A DNA stretch of 64,000 bases, from positions 114,625 to 178,624 of the IMG/VR virus record IMGVR_UViG_3300045988_060496. One strand, written 5' to 3'. Source of the stretch: a virus. Positions 22,012-31,010 of the stretch are shown piece by piece; position 1 is the first letter of the stretch, and each line of letters starts with the position of its first letter. The notes beneath the pieces were generated by a model. It ran no database searches and was not told where the DNA came from. It saw only the letters and a program-made list of their open reading frames with translations. A program made the translations under genes and the position numbers.

Positions 22012-22563
22012 TTACTCCAGACTAATTAAACCCTTCTCTAACATAATATGGTGATTCGGACATAACCATACTAAATTATTCTCGTTGTTAATCTCCTTAA
22101 TAAGAGTGTCTTCGTCAAATTCTAATATTCCTTTAAGATGATGTACTTCAAGTATTGCATCAAATTCATGATTATGACAATATTGACATACTTTCTCACG
22201 TTCGGAACTTTCTAATACTCTACGAGCATTAGTCCTTATTTCTTGACATTTAGATGATAAGTACTTCTGCCCAGATGTATAATAACCTAATGTTTTGTTA
22301 CCAATTCCATTAAGTTCTTCCCAGCAACTACGACACATTTCTGAATCTTTATGCTTAGGTTTACCACATCTAGGACATATCTTGTTTTCATCGTGCTTTA
22401 TCCTACCTCTATTATTGTAAGAAGCAGCACACGAATGACTACAAAACTGTTTCTTCCTCACATCTGCGACCCTCTGATTATCTAGTACTTCGATTACCTT
22501 ACCACATTCCTTACAGTGGTTAGGATTCTCATAATACAATTTAAGAGATTGTTCTCGATTCAC
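22012..22563 (-). CDS. HNH endonuclease with Cys-rich zinc-ribbon region
   Basis: C-terminal VHHLKGILEFD...NLVWLCPNHHIMLEKG HNH motif; several CxxC pairs. Confidence 0.7.
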   Translation of the reverse strand: MNREQSLKLYYENPNHCKECGKVIEVLDNQRVADVRKKQFCSHSCAASYNNRGRIKHDENKICPRCGKPKHKDSEMCRSCWEELNGIGNKTLGYYTSGQKYLSSKCQEIRTNARRVLESSEREKVCQYCHNHEFDAILEVHHLKGILEFDEDTLIKEINNENNLVWLCPNHHIMLEKGLISLE

Positions 22564-22700
22564 AGATAAGTTTAATTAATTTTAATGACAGTGTGATATG
22601 CAAGCCATTACACCACAGCCTCGAAAATGCAGGTATTTATCTCGTTACACCTGCGAGTCCGGCAATCCTTTCTTATATACCGCGTGAGCTGGCGGTTTTG

Positions 22701-22774
22701 TAGGGCTAATCAGACTTGAACTGATAACCTCCACATTATCAGTGTGGTGCTCTAACCAGTTGAGCTATAGCCCT
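22701..22774 (-). tRNA. tRNA-Ile(GAU)
   Basis: Clean cloverleaf: acceptor AGGGCTA/TAGCCCT, D-arm GCTC-AACTGGTTA-GAGC, anticodon CCACA-CTGATAA-TGTGG, T-arm ATCAGTTCAAGTCTGAT. Confidence 0.8.
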
Positions 22775-22780
22775 ATTATG

Positions 22781-23341
22781 TGGACCTAACGGGAGTCGAA
22801 CCCGTGTCCAAACAACCCTCGTTACAAGGATAACGTGCGTCTCATTTTTATTACATCAGCTAGGGAGTTCTAGCATTTAGGTAGTTTTATAAGTCTTACA
22901 AGAGTCCATACTAAGTATTTCTCTAGATGCTTATCTACAAGCTACCAAACTATAGGGCTGACCGAAGTCAACGTTCCACCACTCCATTTACGTTGGAGAA
23001 CGGGATGATACTTTAGAGATTCGTCACATCTCATGGAACACATCTTCCATCTGTTTTATGACGTAGGAGATTCAGTCTTACTAACTCTTAGAGTGTTCTG
23101 ATTAAGAGTATATTACTAGGATTAGAGCCTAGCTCTCCATTATATCAATATACTCAACCTCTTCTGTTTCTAGGTCTCTCCCGTAACCCGACTTAGTTAA
23201 TAGTGTCTACCAACAAGCCAGCAGCTTAGGCTGCCATTCTTACAGGTGCAATTTCTGCAGTTATTTGTTTTCTTCGTTTAAAGAGATTGCGCTCTACACG
23301 TCCTTATAATTCGTAATCGCCTGTCAAATCCAAGTAGGCCC
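22781..23341 (-). ncRNA. ssrA: tmRNA (ssrA)-like RNA, ~560 nt
   Basis: Minus-sense 5' end GGGCCUACUUGGAUUUGACAGGCGAUUACGAA resembles tmRNA 5' GGGGCUGAUUCUGGAUUCGACGGGAUUUGCGAAA. The 3' end GGACACGGGUUCGACUCCCGUUAGGUCCA resembles GGACGCGGGUUCAACUCCCGCCAGCUCCA. GGGCCUA pairs with UAGGUCC as an acceptor stem; no ORF >60 aa in 22790-23350. Confidence 0.5.
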
Positions 23342-23350
23342 ATGTTCCCG

Positions 23351-23926
23351 TCAATTAGACGGGAGTTTACATTGTTTAATTATTTCCTTAGTAATTACGT
23401 TATTAGCTTCTCTAGATAACTTATTCAGTTTCTCTAGGTCAAACTCGCTAGATTGAAACTTGAATTGAATCCAAGTTGGCTCGCTTGGTCTATAATCCAA
23501 CCAAGATTCACAGTCATCGGTTCCAAGAACTTCTCGTACCATAGCTAAAATACGTTCACCAGCAGCTTTAGTTTTTACGAATCCAGATAAATCATATCCA
23601 ACCCCTCTAGAATGCCAATATTCCCCTTCTTCTGGTCTAACATCCTTAGGTTCCCAATGCCAAGGAGGAATACCTTTTCTAGGATGGTCTATTTTTATAG
23701 CTTCTTCCTTTACCCATTCAGAGTTTGGGTCAGATGGATTTTCTGGATAAGCTCCATATAAGCACTTAGCAGTAGGGTTATTGCTCCTGACTTCAAAATG
23801 TATACCACAATGTTTACAAGTACCAGAAGTTAAACCTCCTCCAGATACGCAACTACCTTTAATGGCATCACAACCACAGTTGTGACAACCCCATTTTAGG
23901 TATTCGTCATAAAGTATTGATAACAT
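23351..23926 (-). CDS. hypothetical Cys-rich protein
   Basis: 191-aa ORF with CHNCGC...CKHCG cluster. Confidence 0.45.
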   Translation of the reverse strand: MLSILYDEYLKWGCHNCGCDAIKGSCVSGGGLTSGTCKHCGIHFEVRSNNPTAKCLYGAYPENPSDPNSEWVKEEAIKIDHPRKGIPPWHWEPKDVRPEEGEYWHSRGVGYDLSGFVKTKAAGERILAMVREVLGTDDCESWLDYRPSEPTWIQFKFQSSEFDLEKLNKLSREANNVITKEIIKQCKLPSN

Positions 23927-24222
23927 TATTTATTGAGTTTAAATTCCACTTCTTTTAGAACAACATACATTTTACCATCCTCTTTCTGTTCAACACAATT
24001 ATTAGCTTGTAAAAAATTAATTATGAAGTCCATAGGAATGTGGTAATTGTCAGTTACAAGCATACTGCCATCAATATGATAGCGTTCTTTTCTCTCTAAT
24101 CTAGTGGGATTACCATTTATAGTAATCTCACCAGAACATTCATTATCCTTATCTGGTTTAATTCCCTTTATGTAAATAGAATAACCAGCTTCAGCTAAAT
24201 AAACTTGTTGTATTACACTCAT
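23926..24222 (-). CDS. hypothetical protein
   Basis: 98-aa ORF. Confidence 0.4.
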   Translation of the reverse strand: MSVIQQVYLAEAGYSIYIKGIKPDKDNECSGEITINGNPTRLERKERYHIDGSMLVTDNYHIPMDFIINFLQANNCVEQKEDGKMYVVLKEVEFKLNK

Positions 24223-24644
24223 AGTTTTGGAACATCAGAACGATTATCATGATAACCTTCGTCCCCAACAAGTTGAGCCAGACAACCATGCATATAAGGA
24301 ACAAGCTCAGGTTTCTCCTTATAACACCTGTATAGCATCCAACTCATACTCATGGAATTTCCACTATGTCCTTTGTCGTAGTACGGAAGTTTGTCTTTGA
24401 TAGCCTCAATCAGCTCAAATAAGCTAGGATATTTCTCATAGAAGGCTTTACATTCCTCCAGACTCATTTCTTTGAAAAACTCAGAAAATGATAGAGCTTG
24501 CTTTATACAAGCCATTTCATAATCGAATAGGTCATTTTCTTCAAATGTACCATTACCAGCTTCAATGAATAAACGATTGAAACGTTCAATTCTCTCCTGA
24601 AATTCTTTCGGAAGAGATTCCTTCGTAAGATTCTTGAAATCCAT
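24219..24644 (-). CDS. hypothetical protein
   Basis: 141-aa ORF. Confidence 0.45.
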   Translation of the reverse strand: MDFKNLTKESLPKEFQERIERFNRLFIEAGNGTFEENDLFDYEMACIKQALSFSEFFKEMSLEECKAFYEKYPSLFELIEAIKDKLPYYDKGHSGNSMSMSWMLYRCYKEKPELVPYMHGCLAQLVGDEGYHDNRSDVPKL

Positions 24645-24675
24645 AATCTAATTTTAATTGTTAAAAATAACTTAG

Positions 24676-24748
24676 TAGCGGGAGTCGGATTCGAACCGAC
24701 GACCTTCAGGTTATGAGCCTGACTAGCTACCTCTGCTATCATCCCGCG
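24676..24748 (-). tRNA. tRNA-Met(CAU); C1:N72 mismatch suggests possible initiator
   Basis: Anticodon arm TCAGG-CTCATAA-CCTGA; T-arm GTCGGTTCGAATCCGAC; acceptor CGCGGGA/TCCCGCT with unpaired first pair. Confidence 0.6.
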
Positions 24749-24957
24749 ATATTACAAATGCTTTTTAATTAGTTTACAATGATTATACTCTCCTCCCCAT
24801 CTAATAGGAAACTCTTTTTCCTTAGCCTCTTTATACTTCTCTGCCTGTTTCTTGTCTAAAAAGATTTGGCAATCAGTTTCATAATTTTGAGGAGCATTAG
24901 CTGGGTGATAATTTACTACAACTACATATACTTTCATAATTTTTTAAATAAAGTTTG

Positions 24958-25030
24958 TGGACACGCAGGGACTCGAACCCTATCTTCCGGTGTGCAAAAC
25001 CAGCGCTCTAGCCATTTGAGCTAACGGCCC
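24958..25030 (-). tRNA. tRNA-Ala(UGC)-like, acceptor stem only partly paired (possible pseudogene)
   Basis: D-arm GCTC-AAATGGCTA-GAGC, anticodon CTGGT-TTTGCAC-ACCGG and T-arm TAGGGTTCGAGTCCCTG are canonical, but 5' GGGCCGT pairs only 4/7 with 3' CGTGTCC. Confidence 0.45.
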
Positions 25031-25558
25031 ATTTTTGGGATTTTCTTTTTAATTGGTGACATACCCATAAATTTCCACTGTTAAGATTCCACAACTTAAC
25101 AACACCAGATAAGTTTTTTTGTTTGAATCATGTTCTAGTAGCATAAGTCCGCAACCATGCTACTCTCTCAGTTCATCGACTATCGTGTCAGAAAAGGTCT
25201 CTATGATTCCGCAGGGACTGGCTTTAACTTAAACCCCGAATGGATTTTTACCTTGCCAGGTCAGGATATTATTACGTTTCTAGCACTCTGAATTGATTTA
25301 GCCTGTTTAATCTTATAATCACGAACTACTTCTTTCATATAAGAGTTAAATTCCTTCATGTCTTTCCATGAAATCTCATTAGCTAGTTTTGGAGTTTGAA
25401 ACATTTTGTACTTTTCTAATAGGTCTTTCATTTCTCTCTTTAGTTTTCAAAGCATTTTCACACGCTTGTTTCTTCATTACATATGGACAATCACAATTTC
25501 CACTGTAGTACCAACAACAATAATCACACTGATGCATAATCTAATATAAGGTCAATAG

Positions 25559-25630
25559 CTGGGGCACATGGACTCGAACCATGATTCTTTGATTAACAGT
25601 CAAAAGTTCTGACCTTTGAACTATACCCCA
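25559..25630 (-). tRNA. tRNA-Asn(GUU)
   Basis: Anticodon arm TTTGA-CTGTTAA-TCAAA; T-arm CATGGTTCGAGTCCATG; acceptor TGGGGTA/TGCCCCA. Confidence 0.7.
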
Positions 25631-25874
25631 ATAGTTAATTTTCTCCACGGGTGTAGATAAGTACCCCTTTGGTACTTACCTTTTAGTAGTATCTTTACTC
25701 TAGACCTCTATAAGGAGGCGGAATAGTTCCAGAAACTAACCATGTATAGCTCTTAGAACTCTGTTCAAAATACCACTTAGCAGCTTTCTTCACAACATTA
25801 ATTACTTTCTTCATAACATCAAAGTTTAAAATTGTTAATAATTAATCTAATTCAGAGCCACAAAAGGAGTTTAG

Positions 25875-25953
25875 TTGCGGAGGTAGGATTCGAACCGTTT
25901 ATGACGATTTCTAGGTTATGAGCCTAGCGAGATGACCACTTCTCTACTCCACG
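25875..25953 (-). tRNA. tRNA with CAU anticodon (Met/Ile2-like), atypical T-arm
   Basis: Acceptor CGTGGAG/CTCCGCA (6/7 paired, C1:A72 mismatch), D-arm GAGA-AGTGGTCA-TCTC, perfect anticodon arm CTAGG-CTCATAA-CCTAG, but stem flanking TTCGAAT pairs poorly. Confidence 0.4.
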
Positions 25954-26046
25954 ATATTGGTAACTACTTTACATCCGCTACCCAGGGATGCCTCTATCAC
26001 CAGTGAGGCACGGACTATTCTAACCGTTGTGCTATACCTACAAATG

Positions 26047-26121
26047 TGCAGGTAGAGAGACTCGAACTCTCCCCTCCAGATTGGAAGTCTGGCGTGCTCA
26101 ATCCATTAACACCACACCTGC
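26047..26121 (-). tRNA. tRNA-Gly(UCC)
   Basis: Acceptor GCAGGTG/TACCTGC; anticodon CCAGA-CTTCCAA-TCTGG; T-arm GAGAGTTCGAGTCTCTC. Confidence 0.75.
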
Positions 26122-26156
26122 ATAATGGAGAGTTTTACGATACTCTCCTAAACGAA

Positions 26157-26501
26157 TTACTCAGATAACAGCTCCTGCATATCAATCTCGCCAGCTACCT
26201 TAGTAATAGCGATTTTGAACGGATTCCCCTTGATTTTGTCAAACAAGTGAGCATCACGAGTTTCTTTCACCTCGTCAGGGACGTTAAATTTCTTCTTGCC
26301 TTTCTCTATGGTTTTCCATGTAACCACCTCGCAGCGAGTTATCTCGTAAACGCTGTCGTTTCGGTCAACGTAAACCTTGAAAAAGTTCTTTTTGTAGTTG
26401 AACTTCTCAACCCTTTTGAAATTCTTGGGATGAGCGTGAAACTTCAAGTCGCATTTTCCATTAGCTAAGAAAATCAATTCTGCCATAATAATACTCCGCA
26501 T
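26157..26501 (-). CDS. hypothetical protein
   Basis: 114-aa ORF. Confidence 0.45.
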   Translation of the reverse strand: MRSIIMAELIFLANGKCDLKFHAHPKNFKRVEKFNYKKNFFKVYVDRNDSVYEITRCEVVTWKTIEKGKKKFNVPDEVKETRDAHLFDKIKGNPFKIAITKVAGEIDMQELLSE

Positions 26502-26622
26502 AGTCGGAGATTCAAAGTTAAACTATGTTAATTCCAGTCTTTCGTCTGGCACTCCACCTCGTTTTAACCAATAGCTACTATTATTCACTATTTGAGCTAA
26601 GCTCTAAACTGGGATAAAGGTA

Positions 26623-27006
26623 TTAGTCTATGTAAATAAACGGTTTTCCAAATTCTTCCATGAAGGACTCAAACCATCCCTCCATTTCTTCGTCACTATC
26701 AAAATAGATAGATTCATCATGTCTTTTAGAGAACTCTAAAATGATATGAGGTTTCTGATATACTATTCCATCCTTGTAGAAGGATGTTCTCTTACTAATT
26801 GATTCGAGCATCCCTTTCTCAGAGTAAGTCCCAAAGCATGGGTCTAGAAGATACCAATAATCAATATGCCTTTTCCAGAATAAAAATTTGGTATCCGCTA
26901 TTCTATGCTTCCATTCTGGATGTTTTCTAGTTTTAAAAACTAGTATCCTCTTTATTAAATTTCCATTAATATATTTATCCATAATTAATCCCAATATTCT
27001 GGACAA
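26623..27006 (-). CDS. hypothetical protein
   Basis: 127-aa ORF. Confidence 0.45.
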   Translation of the reverse strand: MSRILGLIMDKYINGNLIKRILVFKTRKHPEWKHRIADTKFLFWKRHIDYWYLLDPCFGTYSEKGMLESISKRTSFYKDGIVYQKPHIILEFSKRHDESIYFDSDEEMEGWFESFMEEFGKPFIYID

Positions 27007-27413
27007 TCATCTGTCGTTAATAATCCTTTCTCGCATAGACCTCCATCATAGAATATACATGATGAGCATGAAAGATTGTCCCTGGACTCATATTCCTGAA
27101 TACCTTCTTGAATATCTCTTTTTGCTTTATATCTATCCTTTCTATTCTCTTTCTTGTATTCATATTGCATCATTCTGCTTCTATAAGGAGAAGTACAATT
27201 CTTAAGCATCTTTGCGTATTTAGAACTATCAAGGAAATCCGTAATTGACTCACAGACCTTCAACGCCTTATTCCTTATTATAGGAACATTATACCTTACA
27301 TTGGCTTTAATCCCGGCAACAGGTACGTAAAATTTGCCGCAAGCGTTGTAAACCTTTTTAGCTCTCGAAATCCACTTTCTTTTAGAAAGTTCTCTTCTCA
27401 ATTCTCTATCCAT
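26985..27413 (-). CDS. hypothetical Cys-containing protein (ORF-track N-terminus trimmed to internal Met because it overlapped tRNA-Cys)
   Basis: ORF 26985..27620 runs through tRNA-Cys; Met at ~27413 (MDRELRRELSKRKW...) gives a non-overlapping gene. Confidence 0.4.
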   Translation of the reverse strand: MDRELRRELSKRKWISRAKKVYNACGKFYVPVAGIKANVRYNVPIIRNKALKVCESITDFLDSSKYAKMLKNCTSPYRSRMMQYEYKKENRKDRYKAKRDIQEGIQEYESRDNLSCSSCIFYDGGLCEKGLLTTDDCPEYWD

Positions 27414-27433
27414 AAGCAATAAGATTAGTGTAG

Positions 27434-27507
27434 AATCTAGAGTGGGATTCGAACCCACGAAACACGGTTTTGCAGACCGTTCCCTTAGACCGCTCGGGCA
27501 TCTAGAC
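27434..27507 (-). tRNA. tRNA-Cys(GCA)
   Basis: Acceptor GTCTAGA/TCTAGAT; anticodon ACGGT-CTGCAAA-ACCGT; T-arm GTGGGTTCGAATCCCAC. Confidence 0.65.
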
Positions 27508-27534
27508 ATAAAGGGGAGACTAGCTCCCCAAGTT

Positions 27535-28950
27535 TTATAGTACCAAAGAGTTGTAAGTACCTCTACGATACAGAGACGGTTTACTATTTGGATCTTTAAC
27601 CCAGTAGTAGTTAACCTCATTATTTTCCTTAGTAACTACGATTCCCAACTTTTTGTCAATCGCAATGATTTCCTCATCATAGAAGTCGTCTCCAACTGAC
27701 AGATTTGCGAACTTAATATCCGAGGATACATAGAAATATGACAGACTGTGGAAATTGTGGCGACGATATTCATAATACTCGTTAAGAGCTTTTCTTTCCT
27801 CAACAGTGCAGTTATCCTCATCGTCTACAATAGGCTTCGGTATCGGATTGTTGAATCTCTCAACAGCTTTAGAGAACTCCTCAATAGAGAATTTACTCTT
27901 ATCGGCAGAAGAAATCTCATAAGCATATGCATAACCTCTGACGCAGGAATAGTCATACTCATTAGTTACTACATTGAAGAAGCTCTTAGCTCTTCTCAAT
28001 CCTTCTATACCGTGAATATTGACCTCATTAACTATAGTTTTGAGAATATCAATAGTAGATATAGTCAAAGAATCAATGAAATCAAGCAAATCTTGACGAG
28101 CTTCCGGCACTTGAAGTGCGTCGTCCAGATATTCGTTCACAACCTTCAAATCCAAGTTGCCAAATTCCTTGACATAACGGATTCTAGACGGACGTCCTAC
28201 CATATTCTCATTGATGGTCATAGCATTAGTAGTAAGCAGGAAAACCCTGCGATACTTAGAGTTGTAAACACCGTCCATGATTTGCAAGATAGTAGAATCC
28301 GATTCACTGAAATTCTTTTCAAATTCATCCAAGAACAGAATGCAATCTCCTTCAATACCAGAAAGGAACTCAATCATAGATTGATTATGGTCTCCCATAT
28401 CCTTTACGATAATGATGGGCAGATTTAGCTTGTTAGCCAGTTCCTTAGCAGTAACAGTCTTTCCAGTGCCCTTTGTACCAGTAAGCATAATTCCGAGATT
28501 GCCTTCTGTAGCGTGATACGTCTTAATTACATGGTCAATAAACTCGTTCTGCAAACCATACATTTTGTACGGGAATACAAACTTATCCGCATATCTGTCT
28601 AGGTGATAACCTGTCATTGTCAGACAAATACTGTAGATTCCAACTGGGAGAGACTGCTCAACGCTATAGCCTGAGCTTACCTGGGTATATGTAGACCCAG
28701 AACACATCCAAACTTTGTTCATTTTTTCTTTTTCTAAGTTACTTAAAACAGATGCCTGTTTGAGACATCCTACTAATTGATTAGCTATAGAATCTATAGC
28801 TTCTTTGTTATCAGTTTCCTCTGAGAGTCTTTTTACAAACCACTCTTTAGAACGGGCAACTATTTGCTCATCAGTCTCATTTTCAGAGATTGTTTCAGCA
28901 AATTCATGGTAGATACTAGTCAGCTTACCTTCTAATTCTTCTACGGTCAT
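27535..28950 (-). CDS. AAA+ ATPase
   Basis: Walker A GTKGTGKT, Walker B ILFLDEFEK in the 471-aa ORF. Confidence 0.65.
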   Translation of the reverse strand: MTVEELEGKLTSIYHEFAETISENETDEQIVARSKEWFVKRLSEETDNKEAIDSIANQLVGCLKQASVLSNLEKEKMNKVWMCSGSTYTQVSSGYSVEQSLPVGIYSICLTMTGYHLDRYADKFVFPYKMYGLQNEFIDHVIKTYHATEGNLGIMLTGTKGTGKTVTAKELANKLNLPIIIVKDMGDHNQSMIEFLSGIEGDCILFLDEFEKNFSESDSTILQIMDGVYNSKYRRVFLLTTNAMTINENMVGRPSRIRYVKEFGNLDLKVVNEYLDDALQVPEARQDLLDFIDSLTISTIDILKTIVNEVNIHGIEGLRRAKSFFNVVTNEYDYSCVRGYAYAYEISSADKSKFSIEEFSKAVERFNNPIPKPIVDDEDNCTVEERKALNEYYEYRRHNFHSLSYFYVSSDIKFANLSVGDDFYDEEIIAIDKKLGIVVTKENNEVNYYWVKDPNSKPSLYRRGTYNSLVL

Positions 28951-29327
28951 TAGTAATCCTCCTCGTTATGTTCATTAGTTATGAGAGAACGAGCCTTTTC
29001 CATACCAGATTCGTAAGCCTCTGTAACAAACACTATGGCAGTTTTTAGGTCCATTCCCAAGTGAGGGTTATGTACTTCTCTATGAGAATTAGCGCATAGA
29101 AGTTGACATTTATCTGCTTCCTCTTTAAGCCTTTCTAGACTTGTATTAGATAAATGTCTCATATCTAACTGAAACTCTTTCTCATCTGGATTGATATGGT
29201 GAAATTCTAGAACAGCTATGTTTCTATCATAGCCGCATAGTTCACATTTACCACCACGAGATTTTATTAGCTCTAATTTGCGCTTTAAACCTCTTAACTT
29301 TTGTGTATTATAATCATTGTAATTCAT
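28950..29327 (-). CDS. HNH endonuclease (start trimmed to internal Met to avoid tRNA-like region)
   Basis: CELCGYD...LEFHHINPDEKE...LLCANSHREVHNP HNH motif. Confidence 0.6.
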   Translation of the reverse strand: MNYNDYNTQKLRGLKRKLELIKSRGGKCELCGYDRNIAVLEFHHINPDEKEFQLDMRHLSNTSLERLKEEADKCQLLCANSHREVHNPHLGMDLKTAIVFVTEAYESGMEKARSLITNEHNEEDY

Positions 29328-29400
29328 ATACAAATATATATGAAAATAATCATAATACCAAATGTTTTGGTGCAAAATTAAAAATTCAATCCAGAAGTTG

Positions 29401-29477
29401 TAGGGACGGTGGGGTTTGAACCCACGTGCGACCAACTACCCTTTCTACAAGGTATAAGCTTGAGGGGATACGTCCCT
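29401..29477 (-). tRNA. tRNA-like gene, atypical (anticodon undetermined); adjacent tRNA 5'-half-like fragment at ~29495-29523
   Basis: Perfect 7-bp acceptor AGGGACG/CGTCCCT and T-arm GTGGGTTCAAACCCCAC, but no canonical D/anticodon arms fold. Upstream GGACCTATAGCTCAGCCAGGTCAGAGC looks like an orphan acceptor+D-arm. Confidence 0.35.
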
Positions 29478-30390
29478 ATCTGACTCATAATTAGTTGCTC
29501 TGACCTGGCTGAGCTATAGGTCCGATTTAGTCTCACTATCGTAGGACTATAAGCTCCCAACGTCCGACTGGCTACGGAAGGTTATTTACCGGTCTAATAA
29601 CCTATTCTACTGTTAGTTCCTGTTCGCAGACATATTCAACTAGCAATTCATCATTACCAAATACCATAATCTGCAATACCACAATTTCCGGCCCATCCTT
29701 ACTTAGTCTTGGTCTACTAGAGAATGCGTATTCTGACATAGAAGACCTAGAATGAAACCTTACGAATTTACTTCTAGGATGAGACCTCTGGATTATTCCG
29801 CTACTGGGAGTATTTAGAGATACTTTACTAGTTATCTCCCCAATATTGAAAGAAGTTACGTTAAGCATAAGCACTTATTGATTGACATTTAAATATTATA
29901 GTTTTACCGATAATATCATCAGGCTTTATGTTAAACTTAGCAAACTCCTCAACCAGCTCATTCATATCTTCTACAGAATACGTTTCTCCAATAACTCTCA
30001 TATTATCTAGAGAAGTTTGGAAATTCTTTAGTAGTTCTGTAAGTAAACAGCTATTAATTATCACTTTCATTTTACTATGATTTGCTCTTCAGGTTTTAAC
30101 TTAGCTGGAGCATCAGAGTGTAATTTACCACATCTTACACACCAACAAACTCCAAATGAATTTTCTCTCACTTTACATCTGCCTTTCTCACAGATTTTAA
30201 CTACTTTTCTGTAATTCTCCTTATCCATAATTATATAATTTAGAAATACAGCCTTACTACCCCTATGTTCCTAGTTATTCTTTAGCTAGCTTTAGATTAT
30301 TACTAGGTAATACCGCAACGGATTTATTCAGCTGACTTTACCGCCTCTTGGTATGCAAGGCTAGGTCTCCCTAGCGAAGCTGTATTTAGT

Positions 30391-30460
30391 TGGGCTACCA
30401 GGACTCGAACCTGGACTCTCAGAACCAAAATCTGATGTGACTACCATTACACCATAGCCC
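30391..30460 (-). tRNA. tRNA-Gln(UUG)
   Basis: GGGCTATGGTGTAATGGTAGTCACA...; anticodon TCAGA-TTTTGGT-TCTGA; T-arm CCAGGTTCGAGTCCTGG. Confidence 0.75.
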
Positions 30461-30524
30461 AGTTTAACTTAACTATTCTCTCGAACCGTTAAGCCCATAT
30501 TTACCATGAAAAACACACAATGCG

Positions 30525-30601
30525 TGGGACGAGGCAGGATCGAACTGCCGCTATCGTCCTGGATTTTCAGTCCAGCGCTCTACCTACTGAGCTATCGTCC
30601 C
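30525..30601 (-). tRNA. tRNA-Phe(GAA)
   Basis: Acceptor GGGACGA/TCGTCCC; D-arm GCTC-AGTAGGTA-GAGC; anticodon CTGGA-CTGAAAA-TCCAG. Confidence 0.75.
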
Positions 30602-30863
30602 ATGTAATTAGATACTCAAATCTAATACTTTTTTGTTCCACCAGTTAGTTAAATCTTGTAAAGAAAACTTAAATTCTTCCTCAAATTTTTCTACCGGAAC
30701 AGTTTCATCTCCTAATTCTATTGCCCATCTCCAGCAAGCTTCTGTTTCAGCTACGTCAATAGGCTCTTCCATTAACCAAGTATCATCCATAAGCATATCA
30801 AGAAATGACTTATGAAGAGACTTAAAGATTTCAATTCTTTCTTCCATAACAAATTTTATTAAG

Positions 30864-30948
30864 CGGAGGCAGCTGGATTCGAACCAGCGGGACCCGAAGG
30901 CCCTCCGTCTTAGCAGGACGGTGGTTTAAGCCACTCACCCATACCTCC
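30864..30948 (-). tRNA. tRNA-Ser(GCU), type II
   Basis: Acceptor GGAGGTA/TGCCTCC; anticodon CCGTC-CTGCTAA-GACGG; long variable arm; T-arm GCTGGTTCGAATCCAGC. Confidence 0.75.
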
Positions 30949-31010
30949 AAATTGCGAAGGGGCTTTTGTTATACTTTACTATTGAAATTGTAAAGCCCCT
31001 TCGCTGTGAA

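Noticed and set aside
24503-24742. ORF-track entries overlapping tRNA genes (24503..24742, 29378..29560, 37274..37459, 27636..27821 and the N-termini of 26985..27620, 28950..29435, 44189..44491)
   Set aside because: They coincide with well-folded tRNAs, and their translations (e.g. ...GSNPTPA..., ...VGSNPTV...) are the characteristic artefact of reading through T-arm sequences. Genes were trimmed to internal starts or dropped.
25954-26046. Possible additional tRNA in the 93-nt spacer between the atypical CAU tRNA and tRNA-Gly
   Set aside because: No 7-bp acceptor pairing or T-loop on either strand; only a GCCTC..GAGGC hairpin. Treated as spacer.
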